A stretch of 64,000 nucleotides of DNA, from contig MU057744.1 of assembly GCA_013265495.1 (NCBI GenBank), positions 2,989,370-3,053,369 of the forward strand. Direction: 5' to 3'. This DNA comes from Vicugna vicugna. Taxonomy: Eukaryota. The position numbers and the translations under genes are program-made. Shown here piece after piece: positions 1 to 12,964 of the stretch. Under the pieces are notes generated by a model. The model was not told the DNA's origin, did not search any database, and saw only the letters and a program-made list of their open reading frames with translations. Every line of letters starts with the position of its first letter. The stretch's first letter is position 1.

Positions 1-479
1 AGGAGGGTGTGGGGGCTAAGCAGGATGACCCCAAACCACGATCTAGGTCTGGCATCTCTGAGGGAGGGGAGCAGTGAGCAGGCTGGAGAGCCTGACACTG
101 CAGCGCAGCCTCCCTCCCAGGCACACAGCGGGGGCAGGAGAAGCCGGGGGGGGGGGGTGCTGGCCTGGCAGGGTCACAGGGCCTGCTTTACCTCCACAGC
201 GACCCTCCCAAAGCAGGTTCAGTCCAGGGGAGCTCCGAGCGGAGCATCGAGGCGCCTGTACTGACCAATATGTGAAAAACAGAAACGCCTCTTTACAGAG
301 GAGCAGCATTTGGAAGCTCATCTCCCTCTAACCCGTTTGGCAAAGTCTGCGGGTGGGTGTGTGTCCTCACTTTGTGGTTTGGTTGTGAGTGTCCGCACGG
401 CGCACGGCAGCTGTCACTCCACAGAAACCTGCAGCTGGCGGCGTCTTTGACGCTGGCGTCAGCCTTTCCCACCACAGCC

Positions 480-675
480 GGGCCAGCCTTGGGAGTCTGG
501 ATTCAGCCCTCCCCTCCCCTCCTTCACATGGCCTCAGGAGGGTTATTTTACTTTTTAAGCCTCAGTTTTCTCAGCTGTCCACTGATAAGAATAATGTAAA
601 GGGTGGAAAGTGAGGGTTTCGTGAGAGGACACATCAACTTCTCAACATGACGCTTAGTACCTAGAACACTGACAG
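480..675 (+). mobile_element. MIR SINE fragment
   Basis: Degenerate MIR core 'taagcctcagttttctcagctgt...ataagaataatg' followed by a MIR-like 3' part. Confidence 0.55.
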
Positions 676-1714
676 TTTTTACTGTGACTCTGAGACCCTC
701 CTGTTATCCACACATCTCATGCTCTCAGGAGGAAATATCTGGGTTACTGTATGTTGTGCTGCTTGCATCTGCGCTCAGGAGGTTTGCTCTGAAAGCTCCG
801 ATTGTGTTTTCCAATTTACTAGTAAGTAGAGAGAGGGTGAATGTGTCAGACGGCTACAAAGGGACAGCTGGGCCCGTGCCCAGTGCTGTGGGTTTAAGTG
901 TGACATTTTGTCTATTCACAACTAAATGCAAGCTCCACTAAATGTACTAACCTCTCATGTTTCCGAAGAACAAAAATAAATGTCGGAGGCCCCGAGGCTT
1001 ACGGATGAGGGAGGCACGTTCCCGGTCTGCGCAGTGGCCGGGGCGGAGGCTCCACGGCGCTCGGTTCACAAGTCAAGAAATGATGGGCATTTTGTTACTT
1101 TTTTTGCTTTGGGAAGAACACCTGCCATAAAGTTATAAGCTGCTTGCGAATGCTCTTGATGGATGTTTTTCAAAAGTAAAGTATTTTGAGAAAGAGACGG
1201 TAGACTCAAGAGTGGGAGTCTGTACCATCTATCCTGTGGACCCAAACCAGGTGATCTGTGAAGCTGTCTCATCACTCGCCCTGGCCAGTGGTCGAAATTG
1301 TTCCGCATGTGGACGTGAATTTGCGGGTATCAGTTAAAATTCAGTTTTGCTGCCCTTGGTTTTGCCCAGGAAATGACATACCATGGCGGTGCGTGAATAT
1401 GAGGAGCTTGCATTGCAGTCGAGGGGAGAGAGAATGGAAGAGATAATCTGAGAAGCTGTATCACAAACGGGTAGGCTCTGTGGTATGTTGGGTGGTGATA
1501 AGTCTATGGAGAAAAACAAAGCTGAGATGAAGGCTGCGGTTTTAAGTGACGAGGGTTATGTGGTCTGTTGCCGCTTCTCCGGGCGCCCTCAAGGCCCTGG
1601 CCCCAGAGGCCCAGGTTTTCTAGTGCTGAGTGGGTGTGGCGGGGACGCAGGGGTAGCTGCGTGGGCTGGGCTGCACAGGGCGGGTCCTCCCCAAGGAGTG
1701 CTGGCTGTGTATCA

Positions 1715-1910
1715 CACAGGATCCGGGGACTTCGCACGTCCTAGTTTAGTTTCCGTTACTTCTCTGAACAGCCCTCTAAGGAAGGCAAGGCTGTCTCCAT
1801 TGCACAGATGGAGACACTGAGGCCTAGCGTGGCTGTGTAACTCACCTGAAGTCACGAGGCTGGTCCCTGGTGGAGCTGGATTCAAACCCACACAGTCTGG
1901 CTCCAGAAGA
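1715..1910 (-). mobile_element. MIR SINE
   Basis: Antisense MIR core 'ccattgcacagatggagacactgaggcc...aactcacctgaagtcac...ggattcaaacccacacagtctggctccaga'. Confidence 0.75.
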
Positions 1911-2441
1911 CATTCTTAACAGGAAACCATGCCTGGAGAAGGAGAAGGACTGAATGTTGGTCCACTAGCGTGTAGGGAAGTGTTAGCAGGAAGTATTGGG
2001 GAAGACCAGGAAGGTCAGACAGACAGACAGACAAGAACAGGTTGGGAAGAAGTGTGTCCAAATAGGCTTTGTCCCCTTCTCTGCTCTCCGCTGCCTGCCG
2101 GCTTCCAGCGCCCACCACCTCTGTCCCGTCGGAGGGCTGACGCTGCCTGGGGGCTGCCCCAGGGCATTAAGGCCCCGATTAGCCCGAATTCACTCTCCGT
2201 GGTCAAAGCCACTTCACGTTAGGGGTGGGTTTGCCCCGAACCGCAGTCCATTCGGGAGTGATTTGTAACCAGGGAGACTGGTGTTTGATTTCACCCAAGC
2301 TTGCATCTGGTGGTGTCTTTTTTTCCCCCTTTCATTACTGCTTCGGGCAGTTATCCTCCATCTTTATATATTACTGATCCTGGCATCTGAGGAAAACATC
2401 CTTCCTCAAGCTAAATTCCTTTACATCAAAAAAAAAAAATT

Positions 2442-2590
2442 GGGGGGAGGGGATAGCTCAGTGGTAGAGCACATGCTTAGCACACACAAGGTCCTGGGTT
2501 CAATCCCCAGTCCCTCCTCTAAAAATAAATAAATAAGTGATGCCTAATTACCTCCCCCCAAAATAAAAATGAAATAAAATAAATTTTAAA
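2442..2590 (+). mobile_element. Camelid tRNA-derived SINE (Vic-1-type)
   Basis: Pol III A box 'tagctcagtggtagagc', B box 'gggttcaatccc', then the family body 'cctaattacctcccccc' and an A-rich tail. Confidence 0.85.
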
Positions 2591-5434
2591 AGATTTAATT
2601 CTACACACCTTTCCCAAAAAGATTTAAGGCAAATTTTCAAAAATACTTGACATACAACTCAATGAAATGAAACGAGGCAGATCAGGGAAATAATGACAGA
2701 AAACAATGAGCAGACCTGGCAGTACATTACCATGAGTTCACGTGTACTTAAAAGTGACCGGAAACCAAGACCGCAGTCCCCTGGCGGCCAACACGAGAAG
2801 GAGGATGTAAAGTCAAATGCGGGTCTCTTAGAGTTTGAGAAGACTCATGGGAGGCGAGCAGACGTCCATCGTTCCTCACAGACATCGTGTGAGGTACCGA
2901 GTGTCACCTGTGACGCTGACGGAAAGTTAACCAGTGTGCACAAAGCATACGTCGGCCTGTTTCCTCACTGAGGTCTGTAGCGTGACGTCCAGGAAGAACC
3001 AGCCAGAGCGACGTGGTGTGGCTCCATGTGCAGCTCCTGATTATTTTGGCTTGATGCAAGGTTAAAACTTAGTGTCGTTAGAGAAGAAAGTTCAAGGCTC
3101 TATCGTCTAACAAATGGTTGAAGTCTGGATGTGATGCGCCAGTGAAGACAGACAGACTTACAAGGTATGGGTTCTCATCGTGTTCATTGTAAACATTAAG
3201 TGGCCATTTTTCTTTTATTGTGTAATGAAAGCATTAGAATTTAGAAATTATATGTAACTTCCTCTGAGAGGAGATGTAAGCTGGTTCATTTTCTGCTAAA
3301 TACATGCAGATGATATGATGTTTGAGTCTTAAGCCATCTCTGGGAGAAATAAAGATGACAGAATTGTCTAAAGCTGGTATCTATTTATTTGATTTTTTTT
3401 TAACAAATTACATCATGGGAGAATTGGCTTCCCTTACACGGTCATGGTTCCTTTACATCTGTTTTGCATCTGTTCTGTGTGTGTTTAATGTGGATTCTGC
3501 ACGAGCAACCCTTAGAGAACATGCTTGTCTCCACGTGTGCAGTATGTGTATGTGTGTGCACACACGCACTCACACACACTCACATAAAAGCCCCTGGACA
3601 GGACGGTCCCACTTCTCTTCACAGATAAGTAGAAATACCCATTTTAAAAATGGTATTTGGTTTAGCTATGAGTTGAGTTTCTGTTCCCAGCGTACATTTA
3701 ACTAGTAAACAGTTGTGAATGTTTCTTGCCCTTGTCTCTGAAAGGTAAAATGCACAGTGCTGAATTAACTTAAGGTGGAAATGTGGAGCTTTGGGGTGTA
3801 TACTAAATCTGAGAAGCATTCTTTATTTTCCCGCAAGCAGCTTTGTCTGAGCAGAAGTGTTTACTGATTTGTTACTTGTCGTTTTGTTCTTCACTGGGTA
3901 AATAAATAGCCCAGTATTTTGGGTTATACAAGGTTGGTCATATTAATAGGAACCAGTTTTGGGTACCTAAAGTTTGTTTCAGAAGGTGTGGTTCTGAAAG
4001 CCTGTAGTCATCAAAAGAAAAAAATTGTATTTATGTCCTTGTGGTAGATCATAAATGCTTCTGTTTTGTGTTTGTAACACAGTGCACCCCAGGGATATTA
4101 AACTCAAACAGCCGTTCATCTTGCACAGTCACTTCCACCGTGGCTCGCAGGGTGTGTGCAGAAATGACTGCAGGTTCACCTTCCTGGCAGATTAGGACAA
4201 CAAAATAGACGGTATTCAGCGCGTCAGAAACGCTCTAACAGAGATAACCTCAAACTACATGAAGTCAGGTCTTAGGTTCACTTTATGTACATGGTGTGTT
4301 TGAAGCTAAAAATCATCTTAAGAACATTTGAATGCATATTTCAAGTTTAGTTGACAGCTGTTGCCGCAGCTTTTTTCCCCTAATTCATGACATCAGCATG
4401 TGGTTTTACAATTCCATACTGTGAAGAAAACTGACTCTGTTTGTTCATATATTTTATGGACTTGGTTTTGGACGTTTGGTGTGATATTTCTTCTAATTGG
4501 ACAAAATTAATGTTGTGATCACCATTCAGCAAATATATTACGTGAAGAGTAGAGAAAAGTTTATGAGTCATGATTCCTGGAAAAGCAGTTTATTTTATGT
4601 AGCCAGTGTCCACGAGTACACTTCTGTATTATTCCAGACTGCGTGTAGTTACCTCATTAATCGAACCACGTAGATGACCAAGTGGAGACCATCCGCCCCT
4701 TCCGGGTGGTGGTTGTGCTGATGGAATGAAGTAATACTCAGCTCCTGGCTCGGAGTCTTGTATGTAACAGATAACGTTGGCAAGTAGCTAGTAAGTGAGT
4801 AAAAGAAGTGAATAATTAAACAGTGTCTGATTATGCTAGCATTGTGATTTTATGATGCATTGTTTTCAAACCAAGGACAGAAGCTTTTTGACATCTGAGC
4901 TAATTTTCATGAACTGTCTCAGTGAGGTCTGCGGGGGGACCCTGCAAGGCTCTCGTGACAGTGTCCCACTCTGATGCTCCGTCTCCCTGTCCATCCCTTG
5001 GCCCTTCTCTGGAAGAACGGCGCCTCTCCGCTCTCCTGCTCAGTGGCAGCATCCTCGCCGACCTTTAGGACTCCAGGCGCTCCCAGGTCTGGTCTGTCAC
5101 TGCCAAGTTTGCCCTCCTTAAATTTTGCTCTCAAGGCCTTTTCTCAGCCAGCCCACGTCCAGCTGGCTCCCATCGGCCCTCACAGTTAGAACCTTAAACC
5201 CAAGGCGCCTCACCTCCCCCTCTCGTCAGCGCGCATCCTCTGGCTTTGCTTGGCTCTTTCTTCCTGTGGCGGACTTTCCCTCCCATTCCCGTGAACTCGT
5301 TGGCGGAGCCTCTGTTTCCATGACGACACTTTCCCCTTGTCTAGAAAACACTCTTTTTCCATCCCCAAGGCCAGTGGAACCGTTCACTCTGCCGTAATAT
5401 AGGCACACTTGCCATTCTGTGTTTGTTCTGGGTG

Positions 5435-5678
5435 TGATGTTAAAGATGACCGTGAATTACTGGACATTCTTCCCGCCAAGGTGTGAAGTCTGTGTCCCCG
5501 TCCCTTCACCACGGGCCATCTCTGTGATGCTCTGACAAACACACTGTGGTGGCGGGACCCTCTGCCAGTTTCCCATCCTGGGTCTTAAGAGATGGGCAGC
5601 TTCTGCTTCTTTCTGCTCCTGGACCGCTCACCCTGACTCCCCAAGGCTCCATGTAAGAAGTCTGACTACCCTGGGGGT
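5435..5678 (+). mobile_element. MaLR LTR fragment (MLT1F/G/H-like)
   Basis: 'aaggtgtgaagtctgtgtccccgtccctt', 'cttaagagatgggcagcttctgcttc' and 'ccatgtaagaagtctgactaccctg' resemble MLT1 LTR motifs. Confidence 0.6.
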
Positions 5679-5831
5679 TCGCCTTTATTTTAGTGGGCCC
5701 CTGACTCTAACCTATGTTTTTATTTGAGACTTTCCCTAAAACAGTAGTCTACAAAGTACAGTGTAAAATACAGCCCATTTGGGTGTAAGAAGTAAATATG
5801 ATAATTTGCATTGTGAAGTATTTTTATCAGA

Positions 5832-5937
5832 TTTTTTAATTGAAGTATAGTCAGTTTATAATGCCATGTCAATTTCTGGTCTACAGTGTAATACAGTTCA
5901 GTCATCCATATAGAAACATATTTGTTTTCATATTCTG
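5832..5937 (-). mobile_element. Very short L1 3'-end fragment
   Basis: 'ttttttaattgaagtatagtcagtttataatg...caatttctggt' matches the antisense L1 3' ends elsewhere in this window. Confidence 0.65.
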
Positions 5938-5994
5938 AAAAGTATTTCTGATAAGGATTCTTAACTTTCAGTTCACCAATATGTAGCATTTATT

Positions 5995-7109
5995 GGGACC
6001 TAATTAAACTTACAAGCTTTTGTACAGCAAAGGAAACCATAAGCAAAACAAAACGACAACCTACGGAATGGGAGAAAATCTTTGCAAATGAAACCGACAA
6101 AGGCTTGATCTCCAGAATATGTAAGCAGCTCATACGACTTAATAAGAAAGAAACAAACAACCCAATCCAAAAATGGGCAGAAGACCTAAACAAACAATTC
6201 TCCAGGGAAGACATAAATGATCAACAGGCACATGAAAAATTGCTCAATATCACTAATTATCAGAGAAATGCAAATCAAAACTACAATGAGGTATCACCTC
6301 ACACCAGTCAGAATGGCCATCACTCAAAAGTCCAGAAATGACAAATGCTGGAGAGGCTGTGGAGAAAAGGGAACCCTCCTACACTGCTGCTGGGAATGCA
6401 GTTTGGTGCAGCCACTGTGGAAAACAGTATGGAGATTCCTCAAAAGACTAGGAATAGACTTACCATATGACCCAGGAATCCCGCTCCTGGGCATATATCC
6501 AGAAGGAACCCTACTTCAAAAAGACACCTGCACCCCAATGTTCATAGCAGCACTATTTACAATAGCCAAGACATGGAAACAGCCTAAATGTCCATCAACA
6601 GATGACTGGATAGAGAAGATGTGGTATATTTATGCAATGGAATACTATTCAGCCTTAAAAAATGACAACAGAGCAGCATTTGCCAGCAACATGGATGCTC
6701 CTGGAGAATGTCATTCTAAGTGAAGTAAGCCAGAAAGAGAAAGAAAAATACCATATGAGATCGCTCATATGTTGAATCTCAACAAAACAAAACAAAACAA
6801 AACATAAATACAAAACAGAGACAGACTCATGGACATAGAATACAAACTTGTGGTTGCCAAGGGGGAGAGAGGGGTGGGAAGGGACAGACTGGGAGTTCAA
6901 AATTTGTAGATATTGACAGGCATATGCAGAGAAGATAAACAAGATTATACTGTATAGCACAGGAAAATCTTGTGGTAGCTCACGGTGAAAAAGAATGTGA
7001 CGATGAATATATGTATGTTCATATATAACTGAAAAATTGTGCTCTACACTGGAAATTGACACAACATTGTAAACTGATTATAACTCAGTTTTAAAAAATG
7101 TACAAAATT
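5995..7109 (+). mobile_element. 5'-truncated young LINE-1 (ORF2 C-terminus + 3' UTR)
   Basis: Translates to the L1 ORF2 C-terminal region ([17 protein letters not shown]...[32 protein letters not shown]) with frameshifts; 15-bp TSD tatgtagcatttatt at 5980-5994 and 7110-7124. Confidence 0.95.
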
Positions 7110-7159
7110 TATGTAGCATTTATTATTTTAAATTAAAAATTACACTTCTATTCCATTTG

Positions 7160-7330
7160 AGTGGTTCATAAAAATCCCACAATATGGACAAGAGGATGCT
7201 TATCCACACTTTAACAAATGGAGAAGCCGGGCCCGCGAGGTTCACCCAGCCTCTCCTGGTCACTTACCTGCGTCAGTGCAGGACTAGGGGTGAAGCTCAG
7301 GGATTTGGGGTTCTACCCCTGTGCTCTCTG
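7160..7330 (-). mobile_element. MIR SINE fragment
   Basis: Antisense MIR-like 'ttatccacactttaacaaatggagaagccggg...cctggtcac...cagtgcaggactagggg'. Confidence 0.5.
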
Positions 7331-8836
7331 CAGTTATTATTATCCTGCAGAAAGAGAAACTGAGGTTTTAAAATAAAAAAGCACTGTTTTTGTGTTGATC
7401 TCTTTCAACTGGTGATAAAATACACTGATTTTTCCCATCTGGTTATTTAGTGTTTTTCCTTTAACAGGGTGTAGTTGGCAATTAGGAAAGTGATGCTGTT
7501 GCTTTAAGAACTCCACCCCAGGGGACTTCAAGTACAGACTGCTCATCTTGAGGATGAGTGCTTGTGTGTTTTTTGTATTTTTTTAAATATCTCTGTGATG
7601 AACAAGTTCCAGTGATAGGTGGGTGGGTACAGGTTGTTGAGATAAATGCCTTTAGATCTTGAGTAGGAAAACATAGACATTAAGAAAAATAGGGTAAATC
7701 ACTGCTGTGGCATTAGGTATGTTCTGTAAACTTCCCTTTCTGGCTTAAACGTCCTGGAAGACATGGAGCCGCGCTCAGCACTTCGGTGGGCCTCGGGGAG
7801 TCCTGATTAACGGTGCCCGGCTCCTCTCCTGCTTCGGGGGTTGGGCGCTTGCATTTCCCCGAGTGACAGCCTTAAAATGGACTCATCTGTTTCTCCACCA
7901 CCCCGCCCCCAACTTTACTGCAAGAAGAAAAGGCGACAGAATGTGATCGCTCGCCTCGTCAGACTCCGGGGGTGCTGAAGGCCTCCGAGTGGCAAGACAG
8001 ATGGAATTGCGCTCAGAGCACATGGGCCCTTAGAACTTTTCTCTTTGAAAAGCTCCCAGGCTTAGGCGGCGTAATGGCGTCGGCTCTCCCGCTCTGTGTC
8101 AGGCTGACCAGAGTCCGCGTCTCCCCCTTCTGACTCACGGCTGTTTCCCCAGAGTGCAGCACGTCCGTTTGGGCCAGTCGCTGAGATCTGGTGACTTAAT
8201 AGACTCTCGCAGCCGCGTCTGAAGTGAGCAGGAGTCTGCTTGTGCTGAGAAGGGACGTGAAGCCACCAGCGTGCAGGCTGAGGCCTCTGACGTTTGGTGA
8301 GAAAGAAAGGAAGTCCCAGCCGCCGTTACCATCAGAGTGTATTTCTACCTCCACGTAAATGGTAAACATGTTTTTTCTATAAATAATGACTCAGGATGTA
8401 CTAATTTGAAAGTAGTTTTCAACGAAAATTAAATGTTCCAGGGAACCCTCAGCGCCCCAGTTCACAGCGGAGGCCAGCACCGTGGCAACCTCTCACGCAT
8501 TGTTTTGCATTTCCACTTTGCCTCACTTCTTCTCCCTGACCTTCGCCACCACGCAGTTGCACCGCACAAAAAAAGCGTCTGCACTTTCACACTTGCTTCA
8601 GGCTCTGCTTTGTGAGAGACTCAGCTAACAGAGCACATGTGTTTAGTCCAGGCATTACAAAAAGGCTTGCTTTTTATTGGAATCACTCCCTGGTGAAGTA
8701 AAATCATTTTTACCAGGAAAAGTCGAAAGGGGCTGAATTCCCAGCCTAAAATCAAATACATCATTTATATAAACAGATAGAATTCCTGTACTTAGGTATA
8801 AAGTCTATACATTTTTCTAATCTTTTAAATAGTCCT

Positions 8837-9231
8837 TCAGCCAGAAAGAGAAAGAAAAATGCCATATGATATCACTCATATGTGGAATCTAAAAAAAGAA
8901 AAAAGAAAAGAAAAAAAGGGACATTACGAACACATCTACACAGCAGAACCAGACTCGCAGACACGGCAAACGATCTTACAGTGACCGCGGAAAGGGGGTG
9001 GGGAGGGGTACATTTGGGAGTTTGAGATTTGCAAATGTTAACCACCATATATAAAAATAGATAAAAACCAGGTTTCTTCTGTACAGCACAGGGAACTATA
9101 TTCAATAACTTGTCACAACCTTTAATGAAACAATGTGAAAAGGAATCTATGTGTGTATGTGCATGACTGGGACACTGTGCTGTGCACCAGACATTGACAC
9201 ATTGTAACTGACTGTACCTCAATTAAAAAAA
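8837..9231 (+). mobile_element. 5'-truncated LINE-1 3' end
   Basis: L1 ORF2 end and 3' UTR with poly(A); TSD aaatagtcct at 8827-8836 and 9232-9241, next to an L1-endonuclease-type T/A-run site. Confidence 0.9.
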
Positions 9232-9840
9232 AAATAGTCCTGAGAAAAGGGCATCCACTCTATACACTGGTTACATGAGATAACTCAATGACTCAGTCGT
9301 CCTTTGAGGAAGTTCAGCACAACTCCTGAATTTTTCGCACTGCATTTTGGTCAGCATTTCATTGTTGCTGGACTCTTTATGAGGGAGGTGCTGGGAGCCT
9401 GGCAGCCTGGCAGCCAGGTGCTGGAGTCACCAGTTGCTCAGTTGAAGCAAGGAGCCCCACGTGAGAGAGGCAGCCTCTCATCGCTCAGGCGGTGCTGTGA
9501 GCCTTGGCCAAGTGGGAGAAGGTGCCCCCCCACGTCCATCCCCCACAGCGGTGCCCTGGTCGAGGGTGGGTGGATCAGCACAGATGTCTCGCTGAGGAGG
9601 GAGCCCTGAAATAAAGGCCCCAGCGGATTTACGGACCCTGGCATGGGGACAAGTGAGTGGGGGGAGACTGGAAAAGTACTGGGTTCTGAGTCAGAGCTGG
9701 GGAAGGAGTCTTCAAGGCTTCCCCGCCTACTCCATGGGAGGGGGCCTTGGCAGGGCCTCAGATGAAGAGCCTAGGAGGGAAGGCACCAGGACAGGTTGTG
9801 TGAAAATGTGTAAGAGCAGGACCAGCAGGGGTGCAGAGCG

Positions 9841-9892
9841 ATGCACCACCCATGCCCCGCGTCTGCATGCACCACCCATGCCCCGCGTCTGC
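9841..9892. repeat. Perfect 26-bp tandem duplication
   Basis: atgcaccacccatgccccgcgtctgc x2. Confidence 0.95.
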
Positions 9893-9920
9893 AGTGGGGA
9901 GGGCGGCTTTCCCCATGAGC

Positions 9921-10169
9921 CCTGCCCAGAGAGCCTCAGTGACCCCTGTGCTCAGGTGGGAACCTGCCCAGAGACCCTCAGTGACCCCTGTGCTCAGGTG
10001 GGAACCTGCCTGGAGAGCCTCAGTGACCCCCGTGCTCAGCTGGGAACCTGCCCGGGACCCTCAGTGTCCCCTGTGCTCAGCTGGGAACCTGCCCAGAGGC
10101 CCTCAGTGACCCCCGTGCTCAGCTGGGAACCTGCCCGGAGACCCTCAGTGACCCCCGTGCTCAGCTGGG
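9921..10169. repeat. GC-rich minisatellite, ~6 copies of a 42-bp unit
   Basis: Unit ~cctgcccagagaccctcagtgacccc(t/c)gtgctcag(g/c)tgggaa starting at 9921, 9963, 10005, 10047 (41 bp), 10088 and 10130. Confidence 0.95.
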
Positions 10170-10659
10170 CTGGGAAGGGTCTTACTCAGGAGCCCAGCTC
10201 TTCACGTCATGTTTGCTTGGCTTGGTTTTCTTGTTCCCAGGTTGGAGGGACACCCCAGTAAAGGGAGAGGAGCCAGATATTCAGCCAACAGCTTCTTGCA
10301 ACGCCACACGTTCGTGGTGCTGTGCCCGCAACACTTCATAGACAGACGGGGCCAAAGTGGCCGTCAGCTTAGGGGCCTCCCCTGCAGAGGAAGGGGCTGT
10401 GCTGTGTCTGCTCGGGACCCCGTCCTGGTCCCTCCTCCCTGGGAAGCAGCCCATGTCCTCAGGCGTGGGTGATGCAGCGTGTTCCCATCACTCCTCTTCA
10501 TCTAGTTCTATAATGGTTTTATTTTGCTGAGGGATTTAGTACTTCTGGTGAACCAATGTTGCACACCCTGGGATTCCGTTCCTCCTTCCTAGAGGCTACC
10601 TCTGTAGGAAACCCTCATTCTAGAAGGTCCTGAAAACAATTGGTAGATGAATGTGCTGC

Positions 10660-11760
10660 ACTCATTGAAGGAAAAATGCAGTATCAAAAAAAATGGCCGT
10701 TCTCCTCAAGTGTGCAAGACGGAATTGCCAATAACAGGAAAATTTATGTTAAAAGTAGACCAAGTAATAGTGTGCTTTTACAGATATCAACTTAGAAAAC
10801 CACAGTAGTGGAAATATCATGGTGGTGGCACCGAGTTCTAGACAATAAACCGGTGAAATAGCAAAGATCACGAATGGTCTCACACACAAAAGAAGTCTTG
10901 ATATATGACAAACTGGCCCTTGAAAAGAACAGATTGTTCAAAAACTGGCGTTAGAAGAAGTGGCTATACGTACAGACAAAAATAAAGTTAGTCTATTGCC
11001 GCCTACCATCTTAAAAATAAATCCCAGCTCCATTAAATACTAATTTTAAAATACGAAAATCCTAGGAGAATCTTTTCATGAATGAAGGGAAATACATATG
11101 TTCTAAAATGCAAAACCATAGTGTAAAGAAAAAGACTAAAAGTTTTAACTAAAGTTAAATTTAAGCATAATCAAGCAAAAAAAATACAAGAGAATAAAAA
11201 ACAAGTCAGAGATTGGAGCAGTCGATCTGCAACATAAATAACCAGCTGAAGATTGGCATTGAGAACATCGAGAAAGTTCTGACACACACAAGTTACAGGA
11301 TAACCCAATAGAAAAGCAGAGGAAAGATGAGAAGAGGCGGTTCACACACGAGATGGTCCAAATGGCGCAGAACCGTGAAGCAGCCAGCCCCGCATGATCG
11401 CTGCTGGGTAATCCGGGTAACTGATTGGGACTGTAATTCACAGTACGTCGTGCCACAGTTCTCTCCCTGGCTGTTGACATTTTAATGTAGCATTGTTTTA
11501 TAATAATGGAAAAATGGGAATAATCTAAATGATACTCTGTAAGAAAACATGAATAAACCGTGGTGTATGAATACTGTGGGACAGCATAAATGAACAGGCT
11601 TTTGCTCTGATATCAGCGGGGGTAAATGTACCTCCTAAGTGCACTGAGCAGAAGCAGATAAATAAAGAGGAATTTTCAGAGGCATATATTCAGTATTATA
11701 CCATCTCTGTATTATTAAAACAGAACAAGAAGTAATTTTGCAATATTAGTCTGCATTTAC
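10660..11760 (+). mobile_element. Ancient L1M (L1ME-like) ORF2 3' / 3' UTR remnant
   Basis: A-rich strand with decayed ORF2 landmarks ('atatatgacaaa', 'ttgttcaaaaactgg', 'aaataaatcccagctccattaaatac', 'tagcattgttttataataatggaaaaatgggaataatctaaatg'). Confidence 0.65.
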
Positions 11761-12964
11761 ATGAGAAAAATTAAAAGAGAAGCGACCTCAGCATACGTTG
11801 GTGACAATGACACTGCTCTTTGGGGCTGCACGCACAGCCAGTGGTACTGCCGCTCATGAGGGTGAAGTTAAACCATGTTTTCACTTTTGCGTTTGTGTGG
11901 GGGCACCAACGTACCAGCCCGGTGCATACAGTTAAGAGGAAGGAAGTTCTGTGAAGAACTGCAGCACTCTTAGGAGAATGAGGTGATTTATTTGCTAAGC
12001 CAAAACAGGCGTATTCTGGTTAAGGAGTCATGAAGTTAGGGCCAACCTGCCACGTTGTATCCGTGAGGAAAACGTACAAGTGAGGAGGCGGCATGAGGAC
12101 CGTGGAGCTGTATTAGTGAAGAGGCATTTGAACATTCTCACGTCAGCACCCACAGTGGCCGCCCCGTGTCCCTCGTGGAGTGACCAGCGCAGCCGGGAGA
12201 TGAGCCCCTCTGTCCCCCACACGTGGCCGTTTCCCCTCCCTCCCCTTTCTACTGCAGTGAGAGCTCTGACCTGTCTTAGCGAATTTCAGCTTTGTACGTG
12301 GAACCGGAAGTAATCAAACTTGGAGAAGCAGAGCGTAGGGGTGCCAGGAGCTGGGGAGCGAGAAGTGGGAGGTGCTGGGCAAGGGGCACAGAGCTTTGCT
12401 TATGCAGACGAATGTACTCCTAAAAAGAAAGTTGACTCCTTGTTCAGACGGTGTGCTCAGTGTGTTTCTCTTCAAACTGCAAACACTTTTTTCAGGAGGA
12501 GGACCGCCAAATTTAAGGCAGTCGGCCCCAGTGTTTGCCGGGAAAACTGCAGTAAATACACGACCATGCAATCAGAAATTCTGGAAACAGGGGAAATAGG
12601 GTGATGTTCAAGGGAGTGGAGGATCAAAGGCTTCACAGAGGGCAGATGGAGGGTTCAGGTGCTGGAGGAAGAATGGAAGGTGAGCAGGAGCTAGACCCGC
12701 AGTCCTCCGGGGGAGGGCGGTCTGCGCTGCGGAAGCGCGAAGCAGGGTGAGCGAGGACGCTGGGGCGAAGGACCACGGCGAGCCTGGGGAAGCCCACCTG
12801 CCTGGCTCTGTGACACCAGCTCCGGTCAGTGCCCCTTAGGCTGTAACCCTGACGCACTGTCAGCTCTGAAATTGAGGCGAGGGCAGCAGTGATCCCGTGA
12901 AGTCATGAGAGGAGCGGGCGATCCTCAGAGAGTGCTCAGTGTGCCTGGGAAGTTGCCACTTGAA

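Noticed and set aside
2442..2520. tRNA-like sequence (also at 14700, 17580, 27394, 27545, 59861)
   Set aside because: A and B boxes are followed by a shared non-tRNA body and A-rich tail, and copies diverge from one another: SINEs, not tRNA genes
6217..6723. 168-aa ORF with recognisable protein sequence
   Set aside because: Frameshifted C-terminal remnant of L1 ORF2 in a 5'-truncated copy, not a host gene
9653..10261. 202-aa ORF with repeated peptide; superficial CRISPR-like periodicity
   Set aside because: Arises from a stop-free 42-bp minisatellite; units are contiguous with no unique spacers, no cas genes, and the DNA is mammalian
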